A stretch of 64,000 nt of DNA from Thainema sp. (GTDB lineage Bacteria; Cyanobacteriota; Cyanobacteriia; Phormidesmidales; Phormidesmidaceae). Below the pieces are notes generated by a model. The model saw nothing but the letters and a program-made list of their open reading frames with translations. It was not told the DNA's origin and searched no databases. The stretch covers positions 1 through 64,000 of the forward strand of contig JBQLZK010000026.1 in NCBI GenBank assembly GCA_052168235.1. The letters run 5' to 3'. Positions 10,704 to 21,292 of this stretch are shown one piece after another. Made by a program: the position numbers and the translations under genes. Position 1 is the first letter of the stretch. Each line of letters opens with the position of its first letter.

Positions 10704-12212
10704 TTATCGGGGTTGTATTCGATTGCCGTCAGTAACAGTTTCGGGGTAGGCAATCACCGTATCACCTTCTGCTAGACCACTTGCGATCGCAACTTCAAAG
10801 GTGTTCCGTGCCGCCGTTGTCACAGGGGTTAGGTAGGCCCGATTATTCTCTACTGCAAAAACGCATGACCCGGTATCGCAGGGAAAGACAGCGCTAATCG
10901 GTACGGTCAGCGCATCATCGGTTTGATCAATCACGATTTGCGTTTCGACCCGGTAGCCGTCGCCCAGTGCGATCGCACGTTCTGGATCCACGAAATCGGC
11001 AATCACGTTTACCCGCTGTTCTTCAACGCCCAGGGCTGACACGTCGGTAAATGCAGACGGTTCTACATAGCGGACTTTGGCCAAGATCGTATCGTCGCCG
11101 CCCCATTGGGATATCTGGATGGTGTCCCCCGGCTGAATCTTGACGGCATCGGTGGATAGGACATCAATAATCAGCTCCAAGTTGCTCGCGTCGCCGAGTT
11201 CAACTAGCTCCGTGCCTGCCGTCACGTAGCGGGCGCTCTTTTCGGGAATGCGGAGTACTCGACCGCTGGCGGGAGCCTGAATCTCGGTACGATTAGCGTC
11301 ATCGGCTAGGCGAGCCAGTTCGGCTTCAACCTGATTGATTTCCGCCTGGTAGACATCCAGCAAATAGTCTGGGTCTTGCTGCTCCGCCTGCAAAATCGCT
11401 AGGTCAGATTGAGCGGCATTTACAGATGCGATCGCACTTTCCACGTTCTGTCTCGCCACCGTCACCGCCTGTTCCCGCGATACCTCCGTCAGGCGAGCCG
11501 ATTCTCGATCCTGCTCTGGGATGGCTCCTTGAGACGCCAGCATATCGGCGCGATTGCGATCGCGTTGTGCCTGGGCCAGTTCAGCTTGTGCTTCGGCTAG
11601 CTCCGCCTCGGCCTGACGCTGGGTGGCTTGCGCCGACTGGATACGCGCCTGTGCCTGAGCCAGCGCCTCGTTTTTGGGACGCTGGGTGTCCACTCCGGCG
11701 ATTTCTGCCCGCAGCGCCTCAATCCGCGCCTGTGCCGCCTGCACCTGGCTGGTGTAAGGAATGGGGTCAATCTGGGCAATGACGCTGCCCTGCTCCACCG
11801 TATCGCCGACAGATAAATTAATTCGAGCCAAACGCCCATCCACCGGAGCCGCCATCACAAAGCGATCTTGCACCCGCGTCTTGCCTTCCGCATCCACCGT
11901 CACCTGCAAATCATCCCGCTCCACCGTCACCAGATCGACCCGCAGGGGTGCAGGCCGAAACGCCAGCGCAATCAGTCCGGCTGCGCCTAATCCTCCCAGT
12001 GCATACAACCAGCGTCGGGAAAGCCTAAATTTCCGCTGCTGCACGGGAACCGAGCCATTCGCGGCTTTCGTACCGTTGTTCGTGTTCGGCGGATTAGACA
12101 TCGCAGCCTGCCGATTCGTCTCGTCATGGACTGGCGTTTGACCATTCCCCAACCCCGTCTGTTGCGGCTCGGCAAACTGAGATGACTCCGTAGTATGACT
12201 GTCATGAGGCAT
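10704..12212 (-). CDS. Periplasmic adaptor / membrane fusion protein (HlyD/MacA family)
   Basis: Single N-terminal TM helix, lipoyl-like APVDG...V..GD.V..G motif, long coiled coil; operonic with an ABC permease and ATPase. Confidence 0.9.
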   Translation of the reverse strand: MPHDSHTTESSQFAEPQQTGLGNGQTPVHDETNRQAAMSNPPNTNNGTKAANGSVPVQQRKFRLSRRWLYALGGLGAAGLIALAFRPAPLRVDLVTVERDDLQVTVDAEGKTRVQDRFVMAAPVDGRLARINLSVGDTVEQGSVIAQIDPIPYTSQVQAAQARIEALRAEIAGVDTQRPKNEALAQAQARIQSAQATQRQAEAELAEAQAELAQAQRDRNRADMLASQGAIPEQDRESARLTEVSREQAVTVARQNVESAIASVNAAQSDLAILQAEQQDPDYLLDVYQAEINQVEAELARLADDANRTEIQAPASGRVLRIPEKSARYVTAGTELVELGDASNLELIIDVLSTDAVKIQPGDTIQISQWGGDDTILAKVRYVEPSAFTDVSALGVEEQRVNVIADFVDPERAIALGDGYRVETQIVIDQTDDALTVPISAVFPCDTGSCVFAVENNRAYLTPVTTAARNTFEVAIASGLAEGDTVIAYPETVTDGNRIQPR

Positions 12213-12223
12213 GATGGACTCCT

Positions 12224-14583
12224 TTATTCGCGGGTCTTCAGCACGGCAACGAGATCAAGCTGATTGATTTGACGGCGAATCAGCGCACCAGAAATGATAG
12301 CTGCGATCGCAATCACGCCAAAGGCAAAACAATAGGTGTAGCGAGTCACAACCAGCGGCCAGCGGTATAGCTCGGTGTTATAGGCCAGCGCCATCAACGC
12401 CGCTAGTCCGTAACCGATGGCATAGCCCACCGGAACAGCCAGCAGCGTCAGCACCGCCTGTTCACCCAGTAAGATAAAGGCCACTTCCCGCTGGGTAAAG
12501 CCAATAATCCGTAGCGTCGCCAGCTCTCGTCCCCGCTCGGATAGGGCAATTCGGGCGGCGTTATACACCACGCCAAAGGCAATAATGCAGGCAAAAATCA
12601 CCAGCACTGTTGTGAAAATGGCCAAACTGCCAGCAATCGTTTCCTGAAACCGCTTAATGCTGTGTTGACGCAGGGCGACGCTAGACACCGCAGGCGTTTG
12701 CTTCAGTTCGGCGTAAATTGGGTCAAGCTGCTGAGGGTCTACTGTCAAGTAGGCACCGGAGAGGGTCAAATCCTCCCGCATCAGGTCATTCAGCGCCTCG
12801 ATATTCATGTATGCCGAAACGCCAATCAGCTCATCAACCAGACCGACTACAGGCACCTGTCGCTGGGGACGACTGCCTTCCAGCACCTCCAGCGTCAGCA
12901 GCTCTCCCGGATGAATGTCCAAGATTTCAGCCAGCTTCGTTGTTAGCAGCACCCCTGATTCCGGCAGCGAGACTGGCTTCAGCTGCCGATTTAGCAGACG
13001 GCGCAGCGTCCCATCCGGCGGCAACCCTGTCAGACCGCCCAAGTAAGTGCGCTGCTGGAATCGCAGTCGGGCGGGCACACTGCGAAACGGCTCCACCCGC
13101 AGCACGCCGGGTAAGTGCAGCAAGTCATACTGGGCGCGTCCCGCCAGCGGTTCCGCAAAGGCCAGGGTGATGTCCTCCTGCTGAATTTGGTGAAACTGCA
13201 CATTGATGATGTAGTTCATGCCGTCCTCAAACGAACGACCCACCACCAGAATCGCCACCGCCAGCGAAATGCCCAAAATCGCCAATCCCGCCTTAATCGG
13301 CTGCCGCTCTAGATTGCGTAAAATAATCCGTCCCGCTGGCGAAAATAACTGCTGCAAACCCAAACGCTCAATCAGCGTCGGTCGAAATTCTGCCGGAGGT
13401 TCAGGCCGCATCGCTTCCGCTGGAGGTAGCTGCACCGCTCTTCGCACCGACAGAAACGCGCCAATCATGGCGGCAACTAGACTGGTTCCCACCGCAATGA
13501 TGACTAAGTCCGCCCCCACTTCAAACGCCAGCACCGGAAAGTGATAGAAATTGGCGTAGTTTTTGGTCGTCGCTGAGCCAAACCAAAGGCCAATCCCGGT
13601 GCCCAACGCCGCTCCGGCCAGCACCACCAGCACCACCAGCTTGAGATAGTGCAGCCCCACATCCAGATTGCTGTAGCCAAATGCCTTCAGCACCGCAATC
13701 TGATCCCGCTGAGTACTAATCAACCGCGCCAGCAGCAGGTTCAGCAAAAACGCCGCAATCCCCAAAAAGATAATCGGCATGAACACCGCTGACGCTTTGA
13801 GACTGGTGATTTCATCCGAGACAAATCGATTCGAGATTTGATCGCGCCGCCCGTAGGCTCCCAGTCCCCCGTAGGATTCCAAGAGCTGATCCAATCGGAA
13901 AATCACATCGGCTTCACTGGCATTTCGGGTTAAATCCAGCGCCACATCGTTGAACGCCCCGTCCATATCGAACGCTGTCGCCAACGCCTCTCGCCCCATC
14001 CACAGCACGCCAAACCGCTGATTATCCGGCAGCAAATCCGTACCGCGAATCTCGTAGACATACTCCGGCGACAGCGCCATCCCGACAATCTGCAAATCCT
14101 GCCAGCGCCCATTGATCACCGCGCCCAAGGTATCACCCAGCTTCAGCTCATTCGCATTGGCAAACGTCTCACTCACCAGCACCTCATTGGGATGTCCGGG
14201 CGTAATGTAGTGCCCCTGGCTGAGGTACAGGCTATTCAGCAACGGCATCCGCTGCTCTGGCACCGAGATTAATCGCCCCGTCGCTGGCTCCGCCAACCCC
14301 GGCACATCCAAAATCACATCCCGCACCACGCGAGTCTGCACCTGCTGCACTCCCGGTAACGCTTGAATGCGATCGCGGATTTGCTCCGGTGCCCGCTTCA
14401 CCTGCACAAACACATCGGCAAAGTGATACTGGTCATAATAGGCTGCCTGGGTGAGATTCAGCGAGTCATAAGCACTCAGCATCGTCACCAAACTGGCAAT
14501 CCCACAGGCCACAATCAGCACAATCGCAACCACCTGGCCTCGGAGGTGGATCAGATCGCGGAGGAGCTTGAGGTTGAGAGAAC

Positions 14584-14590
<7 letters not shown>
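12224..14590 (-). CDS. ABC transporter permease, duplicated FtsX/MacB-type
   Basis: 788 aa with two MacB-periplasmic + FtsX halves ([20 protein letters not shown]). Confidence 0.9.
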
Positions 14591-15333
<743 letters not shown>

Positions 15334-15935
15334 GATGCGTTGCAGGAATATCTATCTTGAGGCTAGCCAGGGAACGAAGCTCGCGGTAGATCTAAGCATA
15401 TATTCTTAATGATTTCAGTTTGGCAACCCAGAAGAGAGGGCCAGGTCGTCGCCATTTTGTTGAAACTATTGAGGCATCTGCTCGATCTAACGTTCGAACG
15501 TTTAAACGTTTTTAGAGTTGCTTGATGTCTAACCGATGTGGCTATTTCACGCTCTCCGGTTCGACAGTTACCGAAATCTGCGTTATTGCTAAGTTGTAGG
15601 GATTAAATGATTGCTAAACATGGCACGCCAACGCTCCAAATCTGATTTGCCAACGAAACTCTGTCCCGTTTGCGATCGCACATTTACCTGGCGCAAAAAA
15701 TGGGCCGACTGCTGGGACGACGTTAAATACTGCTCCGATCGCTGCCGTCGCCGTCGTTCTCAGGCCAAAGCGTCAGATTAAACCAGTCTCTCTTCCCTAG
15801 CATCCCCTGCTCTCCTATCCCCCTTACCCTCCTACTCCCCACCCTTACCCTTCCTAAAATTACCGCTCTAATTCGTCCAGTCCTGTGTAACAGTGATAAA
15901 GGTTTAAGCGTGCAGTGGATCAACTTCAATATAGT

Positions 15936-16796
15936 ATGGGTAAGATTTGGGAACTCGATTTTTATTCGCGGCCAATTTTGGATGACAACGGCAAAAAACG
16001 CTGGGAGATGCTGGTGTGCGAATCGCCGCTTAGCGTTGATGCCGATCCGGACAATTTGTTTCGCTATAGCCAATACTGCTCCAATACCGAGGTGAACTCG
16101 ATTTGGTTAACGGCAGCCTTGGAAGCTGCGATCGCAGAAGCAGGCAGTTCTCCGACGCAAATTCGCTTTTTTCGGCGGCAGATGAACAACATGATTACCC
16201 GCACCTGCCAGGATATGGGCATCGCCGCCAAGCAGAGCCGTCGCACCATCGCGCTCCATCAGTGGCTAGAGCAGCGGTATGAATCGGTCTATCCCAATGA
16301 AGAGGGATATCAGCCATCAACCAATCCATCCGTTAACTACGGCACGACCCCGCCCCAGCCGCTACCGGACGCGTTAAAGGGGCAGAAGTGGGCCTTTGTC
16401 TCACTACAGGCCAGTGATCTGAGTGATATGCCGGAGTGGGACATTGATTTTGGTGAAGGTTTTCCATTGAAACTGGCCGGGATCAGTCCCGATACTCAGG
16501 TGCCCGGAGTAATTATTTTTTCGTCAAGGGCTATACCTTTAGCAGGTTGGTTGTCTGGGCTAGAGCTGGCGTTTTTACGGATCGAGCCCAATCCAAAACC
16601 GCAATTGGTGCTGGAAACGGGCAGTAATGATGCTTGGATATTGGCGGATCTAGTCCCCAAAGTTTTACCAGAAGCCAATGGATTTATGGCAACCAAAGAA
16701 CAGGCTCAGGGAGTTCATTTCATTGCTGTACAGGAGAATCCAGAATCAGAATCCTTTGCTGGATTTTGGTTATTGCAAGAACTCCATCTGGCGTAA
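15936..16796 (+). CDS. Tab2/Atab2 family RNA-binding protein
   Basis: IWELDFYSRP...KRWE motif, RFFRRQM, FAGFWLL C-terminus; ATG at 15936 preferred over the upstream GTG. Confidence 0.9.
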   Translation: MGKIWELDFYSRPILDDNGKKRWEMLVCESPLSVDADPDNLFRYSQYCSNTEVNSIWLTAALEAAIAEAGSSPTQIRFFRRQMNNMITRTCQDMGIAAKQSRRTIALHQWLEQRYESVYPNEEGYQPSTNPSVNYGTTPPQPLPDALKGQKWAFVSLQASDLSDMPEWDIDFGEGFPLKLAGISPDTQVPGVIIFSSRAIPLAGWLSGLELAFLRIEPNPKPQLVLETGSNDAWILADLVPKVLPEANGFMATKEQAQGVHFIAVQENPESESFAGFWLLQELHLA

Positions 16797-16901
16797 GTGC
16801 ACACGATCCCAGAAGATAGGGAAGAACAATCTTGGTCGGTAGCAAGCGAAGTCTATATGCACCACCCAGGGTTGTTTTAATTTGGTGTGCTTGAGATACC
16901 T

Positions 16902-18215
16902 ATGGGTTCGATTGAATCTTCACATGATCAATTAGCGGAACAGCTGGTTGAACTAGCGATGCGCTCTGGAGCGGAAGCGGCTGAGGTATTTCAGTCCTTT
17001 TCGGCATCGCGTCCGGTTTTTTTTGAAGCTAATCGACTAAAGCAGTTGGAAAGCTCCCAGGTGGAAGGGACAGCGCTGAGAATCTGGCGCGATCGCAAAC
17101 CGGGGATTGCCGTGGCCTATGGTTCTGTAGAGCCAGAGGCACTGGTGGAACGTGCGATCGCACTTAGCGAGTTAAATGAGCCAGAAGAAATTGAGCTAAC
17201 GGAAAATCTGCAGATCACCTACCCATCGCAGGGACGTGAAGTTGCGGTGGAGCAGCTAGTGGACTGGGGCCGCGCGGCAATTGCCCAAGTGCGAGATGCC
17301 TATCCCGAAGTCCTCTGCTCGGCAGAATTAGAGTGCGACATGGAGCGTACCCGGCTCATCAACTCCGCCGGACTGGACTGTAGCCACGTTGATACCACCC
17401 TCAGCTTTTATCTCGATACGGAGTGGGTACGGGGCGACGATTTTCTGAACGTATCTGATGGGCAAACGCGGCGTGAATCGCTCGATCCAGACATGCTGGT
17501 GCGCCAAATTTTGCAGCGGCTAGAGTGGGCCGAAGATAACGTTGCGCCGTCTCAGGGTCGTCCCCTGGTTCTATTCACTGCCAAGGCCGCCGATATGCTT
17601 TGGGGCACGGTGTTAGCTGCCCTTAGCGGCAAGCGAGTGATGGAGCGTTCGTCGCCCTGGAGTGACTCCCTGGGAGAAGTGGTAGCCGATGCCAAGTTCA
17701 CGCTATATCAAGATCCGGAAGCCGGCCCCTTTAGCTGTCCCTTTGACGATGAGGGAACGCCGACGCAGCGACTGACGTTTATCGAAAACGGCGTGTTGAA
17801 GCTGTTTTACACTGATCGCACGATCGGACGAGTCTTGGGCGGTGGTTCAACCGGAAACGGGTTCCGGCCCGGCTTGGGCAGCTATCCCACACCTAGTACC
17901 TACAACTCCATTGTGCAGCCTGGAGTGCGATCGCTAGATGAGCTGATTGCATCCCTAGACGATGCCATCGTTGTAGATCAAATGTTGGGGGGTGGGGCCG
18001 GAATTTCGGGCGACTTTTCGATTAACGTTGATTTGGGCTACCGAATTCGCAACGGTGCCATTACTGGGCGCGTCAAGGACACTATGGTGGCGGGTAACGT
18101 CTACACCGTGGTGAAGCAATTGGTGGAAATTGGCGGGGATGCCGACTGGAATGGCTCGTGCTACACGCCTTCTGTTATCTTAGGAGGCTTATCAACGACC
18201 GGACGATCTATCTAG
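16902..18215 (+). CDS. TldD/PmbA (TldE-like) family protein
   Basis: GAEAAEV N-terminus, PFDDEGTP, GDFS, AGN motifs; no HExxxH, so PmbA/TldE-like; start may be 16887. Confidence 0.88.
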   Translation: MGSIESSHDQLAEQLVELAMRSGAEAAEVFQSFSASRPVFFEANRLKQLESSQVEGTALRIWRDRKPGIAVAYGSVEPEALVERAIALSELNEPEEIELTENLQITYPSQGREVAVEQLVDWGRAAIAQVRDAYPEVLCSAELECDMERTRLINSAGLDCSHVDTTLSFYLDTEWVRGDDFLNVSDGQTRRESLDPDMLVRQILQRLEWAEDNVAPSQGRPLVLFTAKAADMLWGTVLAALSGKRVMERSSPWSDSLGEVVADAKFTLYQDPEAGPFSCPFDDEGTPTQRLTFIENGVLKLFYTDRTIGRVLGGGSTGNGFRPGLGSYPTPSTYNSIVQPGVRSLDELIASLDDAIVVDQMLGGGAGISGDFSINVDLGYRIRNGAITGRVKDTMVAGNVYTVVKQLVEIGGDADWNGSCYTPSVILGGLSTTGRSI

Positions 18216-18225
18216 GTCATGCTTC

Positions 18226-20844
18226 ATGAAGTTTGCTGCTCTATCTCGCAAGCTGCAGTACTTGCTTAAGCCGAAGCGAATCGCCATTTTTGAAGCCTGC
18301 ATTATCGGGCTCGTATCTGGCCTCGCCGCTGTATTGCTCAAGCAAGGTGTGGGCTGGCTGGGCGGCTTACGCATCTATAGCACAGCACTGGGACTACCTG
18401 CCTGGCTGGTTTTACCGCTAGTGGGTCTCATCGGCGGTAGCCTAGCGGGTTGGCTAGTGCAGCGGTTTGCGCCAGAGGCATCCGGTAGCGGTATTCCCCA
18501 GGTCAAAGCGGCATTGGCCTATGTGCCGATGCCGCTCAATTTACGAATTGCTGTGGTGAAGCTGATTGGCACCATGCTGGTGATCGGCTCCGGTTTAATG
18601 CTGGGACGACAAGGCCCAACGGTGCATATTGGTGCCGCTCTGGCCGCCTGGCTAAGTCGCTGGGTACCGACATCACCGGAATATCGCCGTCAGTTGATTG
18701 CCGCCGGAGCCGCCGCCGGATTAGCCTCGGGCTTCAATGCGCCGATTGCCGGGGTACTGCTGGTGGTGGAAGAGTTCTTGCAGGATTTTTCTGGGCTGAC
18801 TCTGGGTACCGCCATCCTGTCGTCGTTTATTGGCGCAGTGGTATCTCGCTTATTGGGTGGCGGCAGTTTGGCCGCCAATATTGAGAACTATCCGGTGGAG
18901 TTTTCGGTACAGGATATTCCTTTTTTTCTGCTGCTGGGACTGCTGGCGGGTGTGCTGGGAGCGTTATTTAACCGAGGGGTGTTTATTAGTCTAAATATTA
19001 ATGAACGGCTGATCGGCCTCAGTTTGCCGGGTTTAGTAGGACTGGCAGGTTTAATTTCAGGGTTGGGACGATCGCTGTTGCCAATTGATTTTCGTGATAA
19101 TGCCGGACTGCGAGAATTCCTGGTAGTAGGCAATGTAGATTGGCGGTTAGCACTGATTGCCTTTGTCGCTACGTTTATTCTGACGCTGGTGGCCTGCGGA
19201 TCGGGGGCACCAGGCGGCTTATTTGCCCCATCACTGATTCTCGGCTCAGCCCTCGGTATGCTGGTGGGAGAATCAGCGCACGTACTGGAATCCGCCATTG
19301 GTGTTCCGCTGGGCATTCCGGTAGGAATTAGCTCCTCTAGCACCTACGCGCTAGCGGGCATGGGGGCATTTTTCAGCGCCATGACACGGGTGCCCGTCAC
19401 GGCAATTGTCATCGTTTTCGAGATGACTACTAACTTTACGCTGGTACTACCGCTGATGATTGGCTCGGTGGTGGCATATCTGATTGCCGACCGGGTTGAT
19501 CCAGGCTCCGTCTATAGCCGGATGTTGGCCCGTAAAGGTATTTTGCTAGACGCCAATCGAGCCGAGAATATCCCCTTGGCGCAGTTGAGTGCCGCCGATG
19601 TCATGCAGCGGCGGGTGGAAACGCTAACTAGCCAAATGTCGATGCGAGAGGTGGTGCAGGCTTTTTCGCGATCGCACCATCGCGGATTTCCTGTGGTTGA
19701 CCAAGGGCGACTGGTCGGCATCGTCAGCCAGTCGGATTTAGCAGATTTGAGCAGTAGCACAACATCATCGACAACCACGCTGGCTGAGATTATGACACCC
19801 AATCCAGTGGCCGTCAGTCCCCGCGATCTGCTGCCCCAGGTGCTGTATTTACTGAATCGCTACAAGCTCAGTCGATTGCCCGTCGTGGAAGATCGGCGTA
19901 TTGTTGGCATCATTACCCGCGCTGACATTATTCGGGCTGAATCTGATCATCTCAGCGGGCAGATTGATCAGATTGGCCCCCAGCCAGAACCGTCCTATCT
20001 GGTGTATCAAACTCGTTCGCCCGTGACGGGGCGCGGGCGCATGCTGGTACCGCTCGCCAATCCGCAAACCGCACCGACGTTGCTGAAAATGGCAGTTGCG
20101 ATCGCACGGGAGAGTCGCTACGAAGTTGAGTGTTTGCAAATTATCGAAGTCCCTCGGAATTATTCCCCAGCTGAAACACGGGTCAACGCCACCGCCAGTC
20201 GGCAGATGCTAGCCGAAGCGGAAGCTCACCTCACAGCCCAGCAGATTCCCGTCCATACGCAAATTCGGATTGCCCATGATATTGCTCACGCCATCCTCGA
20301 AACGGTCAAGGATCGCCACATTGATCTGATCTTCATGGGCTGGAAGGGCAACACGGCTACTCCGGAACGCGTTTTTGGCAATGTTGTGGATACGATTATT
20401 CGGCAGGCCGCCTGTGAAGTGGTACTGATCCGTTTAGGAAACTCCTTATCTTTTAACCGCTGGTTGATTCCGGTATCGGGTGGGCCGAACGTACTGCGAG
20501 CCGTCGAGTTGATTCCAGCCCTAATCAGCTTAGGGGATCATACAGAAGCTGTTGTGTGCCAGGTTTTCACCCCTGACCAAAAGAAAATTCAGCGGACGGA
20601 AAGCATGATTTATGTCATGCAGTCTTTGAATCCAGTTTTCGACGGGCGCATGATCCCTCTCTGTTTGGTGGGAGACTCAGTGCCACACAAAATTTTGAGC
20701 ACAGCCGATCGGTATCAGACCGATGTGATTGTGATGGGAGCTAGTCGTGAAAGCCTACTAAAACAAGCTATTGGGGGCAATATTCCAGAAAACATTGCTA
20801 AAAACAGTCCCTGTACCGTCATTTTGGTTCGCGGAGCAGAGTAA
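18226..20844 (+). CDS. ClC chloride channel/transporter with CBS pair and two USP domains
   Basis: GSGIP, GRQGP, FNAPIAG and GGLFAP motifs; CBS pair; C-terminal USP-like domains (LVPLANP; VIVMGAS...G). Confidence 0.92.
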   Translation: MKFAALSRKLQYLLKPKRIAIFEACIIGLVSGLAAVLLKQGVGWLGGLRIYSTALGLPAWLVLPLVGLIGGSLAGWLVQRFAPEASGSGIPQVKAALAYVPMPLNLRIAVVKLIGTMLVIGSGLMLGRQGPTVHIGAALAAWLSRWVPTSPEYRRQLIAAGAAAGLASGFNAPIAGVLLVVEEFLQDFSGLTLGTAILSSFIGAVVSRLLGGGSLAANIENYPVEFSVQDIPFFLLLGLLAGVLGALFNRGVFISLNINERLIGLSLPGLVGLAGLISGLGRSLLPIDFRDNAGLREFLVVGNVDWRLALIAFVATFILTLVACGSGAPGGLFAPSLILGSALGMLVGESAHVLESAIGVPLGIPVGISSSSTYALAGMGAFFSAMTRVPVTAIVIVFEMTTNFTLVLPLMIGSVVAYLIADRVDPGSVYSRMLARKGILLDANRAENIPLAQLSAADVMQRRVETLTSQMSMREVVQAFSRSHHRGFPVVDQGRLVGIVSQSDLADLSSSTTSSTTTLAEIMTPNPVAVSPRDLLPQVLYLLNRYKLSRLPVVEDRRIVGIITRADIIRAESDHLSGQIDQIGPQPEPSYLVYQTRSPVTGRGRMLVPLANPQTAPTLLKMAVAIARESRYEVECLQIIEVPRNYSPAETRVNATASRQMLAEAEAHLTAQQIPVHTQIRIAHDIAHAILETVKDRHIDLIFMGWKGNTATPERVFGNVVDTIIRQAACEVVLIRLGNSLSFNRWLIPVSGGPNVLRAVELIPALISLGDHTEAVVCQVFTPDQKKIQRTESMIYVMQSLNPVFDGRMIPLCLVGDSVPHKILSTADRYQTDVIVMGASRESLLKQAIGGNIPENIAKNSPCTVILVRGAE

Positions 20845-20974
20845 ACACTATGGCGTGAGATTGTTACACCAAACTTCTCTGATTAAAAATAAACCGCCAT
20901 AATTAAAGAGCAGGTGCATAGTATTTCTATTTCCTAGATGACTAGTGTTGTGCCCAATCAGTTTTGATGATTCA

Positions 20975-21025
20975 GTTCTGATGGTTGATGTGCCGCGCAG
21001 AGCGTGGCACATCAACCATCAGAAC
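20975..21025. repeat. Long inverted repeat (20-bp perfect arms)
   Basis: GTTCTGATGGTTGATGTGCC-N11-GGCACATCAACCATCAGAAC. Confidence 0.85.
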
Positions 21026-21292
21026 CCAGCCAAATAAAAGCTGGCAAACTACTAGATTCAGTTGCAAATCAGGGTCTTCTCACTGCACAGATTAGCTACT
21101 GCTCATACACACCTTGAATTTTCCTGCTACACCCCAGAATGCTCTGTTGTGGGTACTACACACCCTCTGAATTGTGGGCTAGGATGCAGCAAAGTCCCGC
21201 ATTTCTGGCTCTGTTATACCAAGTCTGTAGTGGTTTTCAGCAGACTTGATCCTGGAGGTTCAACGATTCTTCCCTGATTTAGAGGTTTTTTC

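Noticed and set aside
15723..16073. 116-aa - strand ORF near tab2
   Set aside because: Overlaps tab2 antisense and a C-rich tandem repeat tract; no motif
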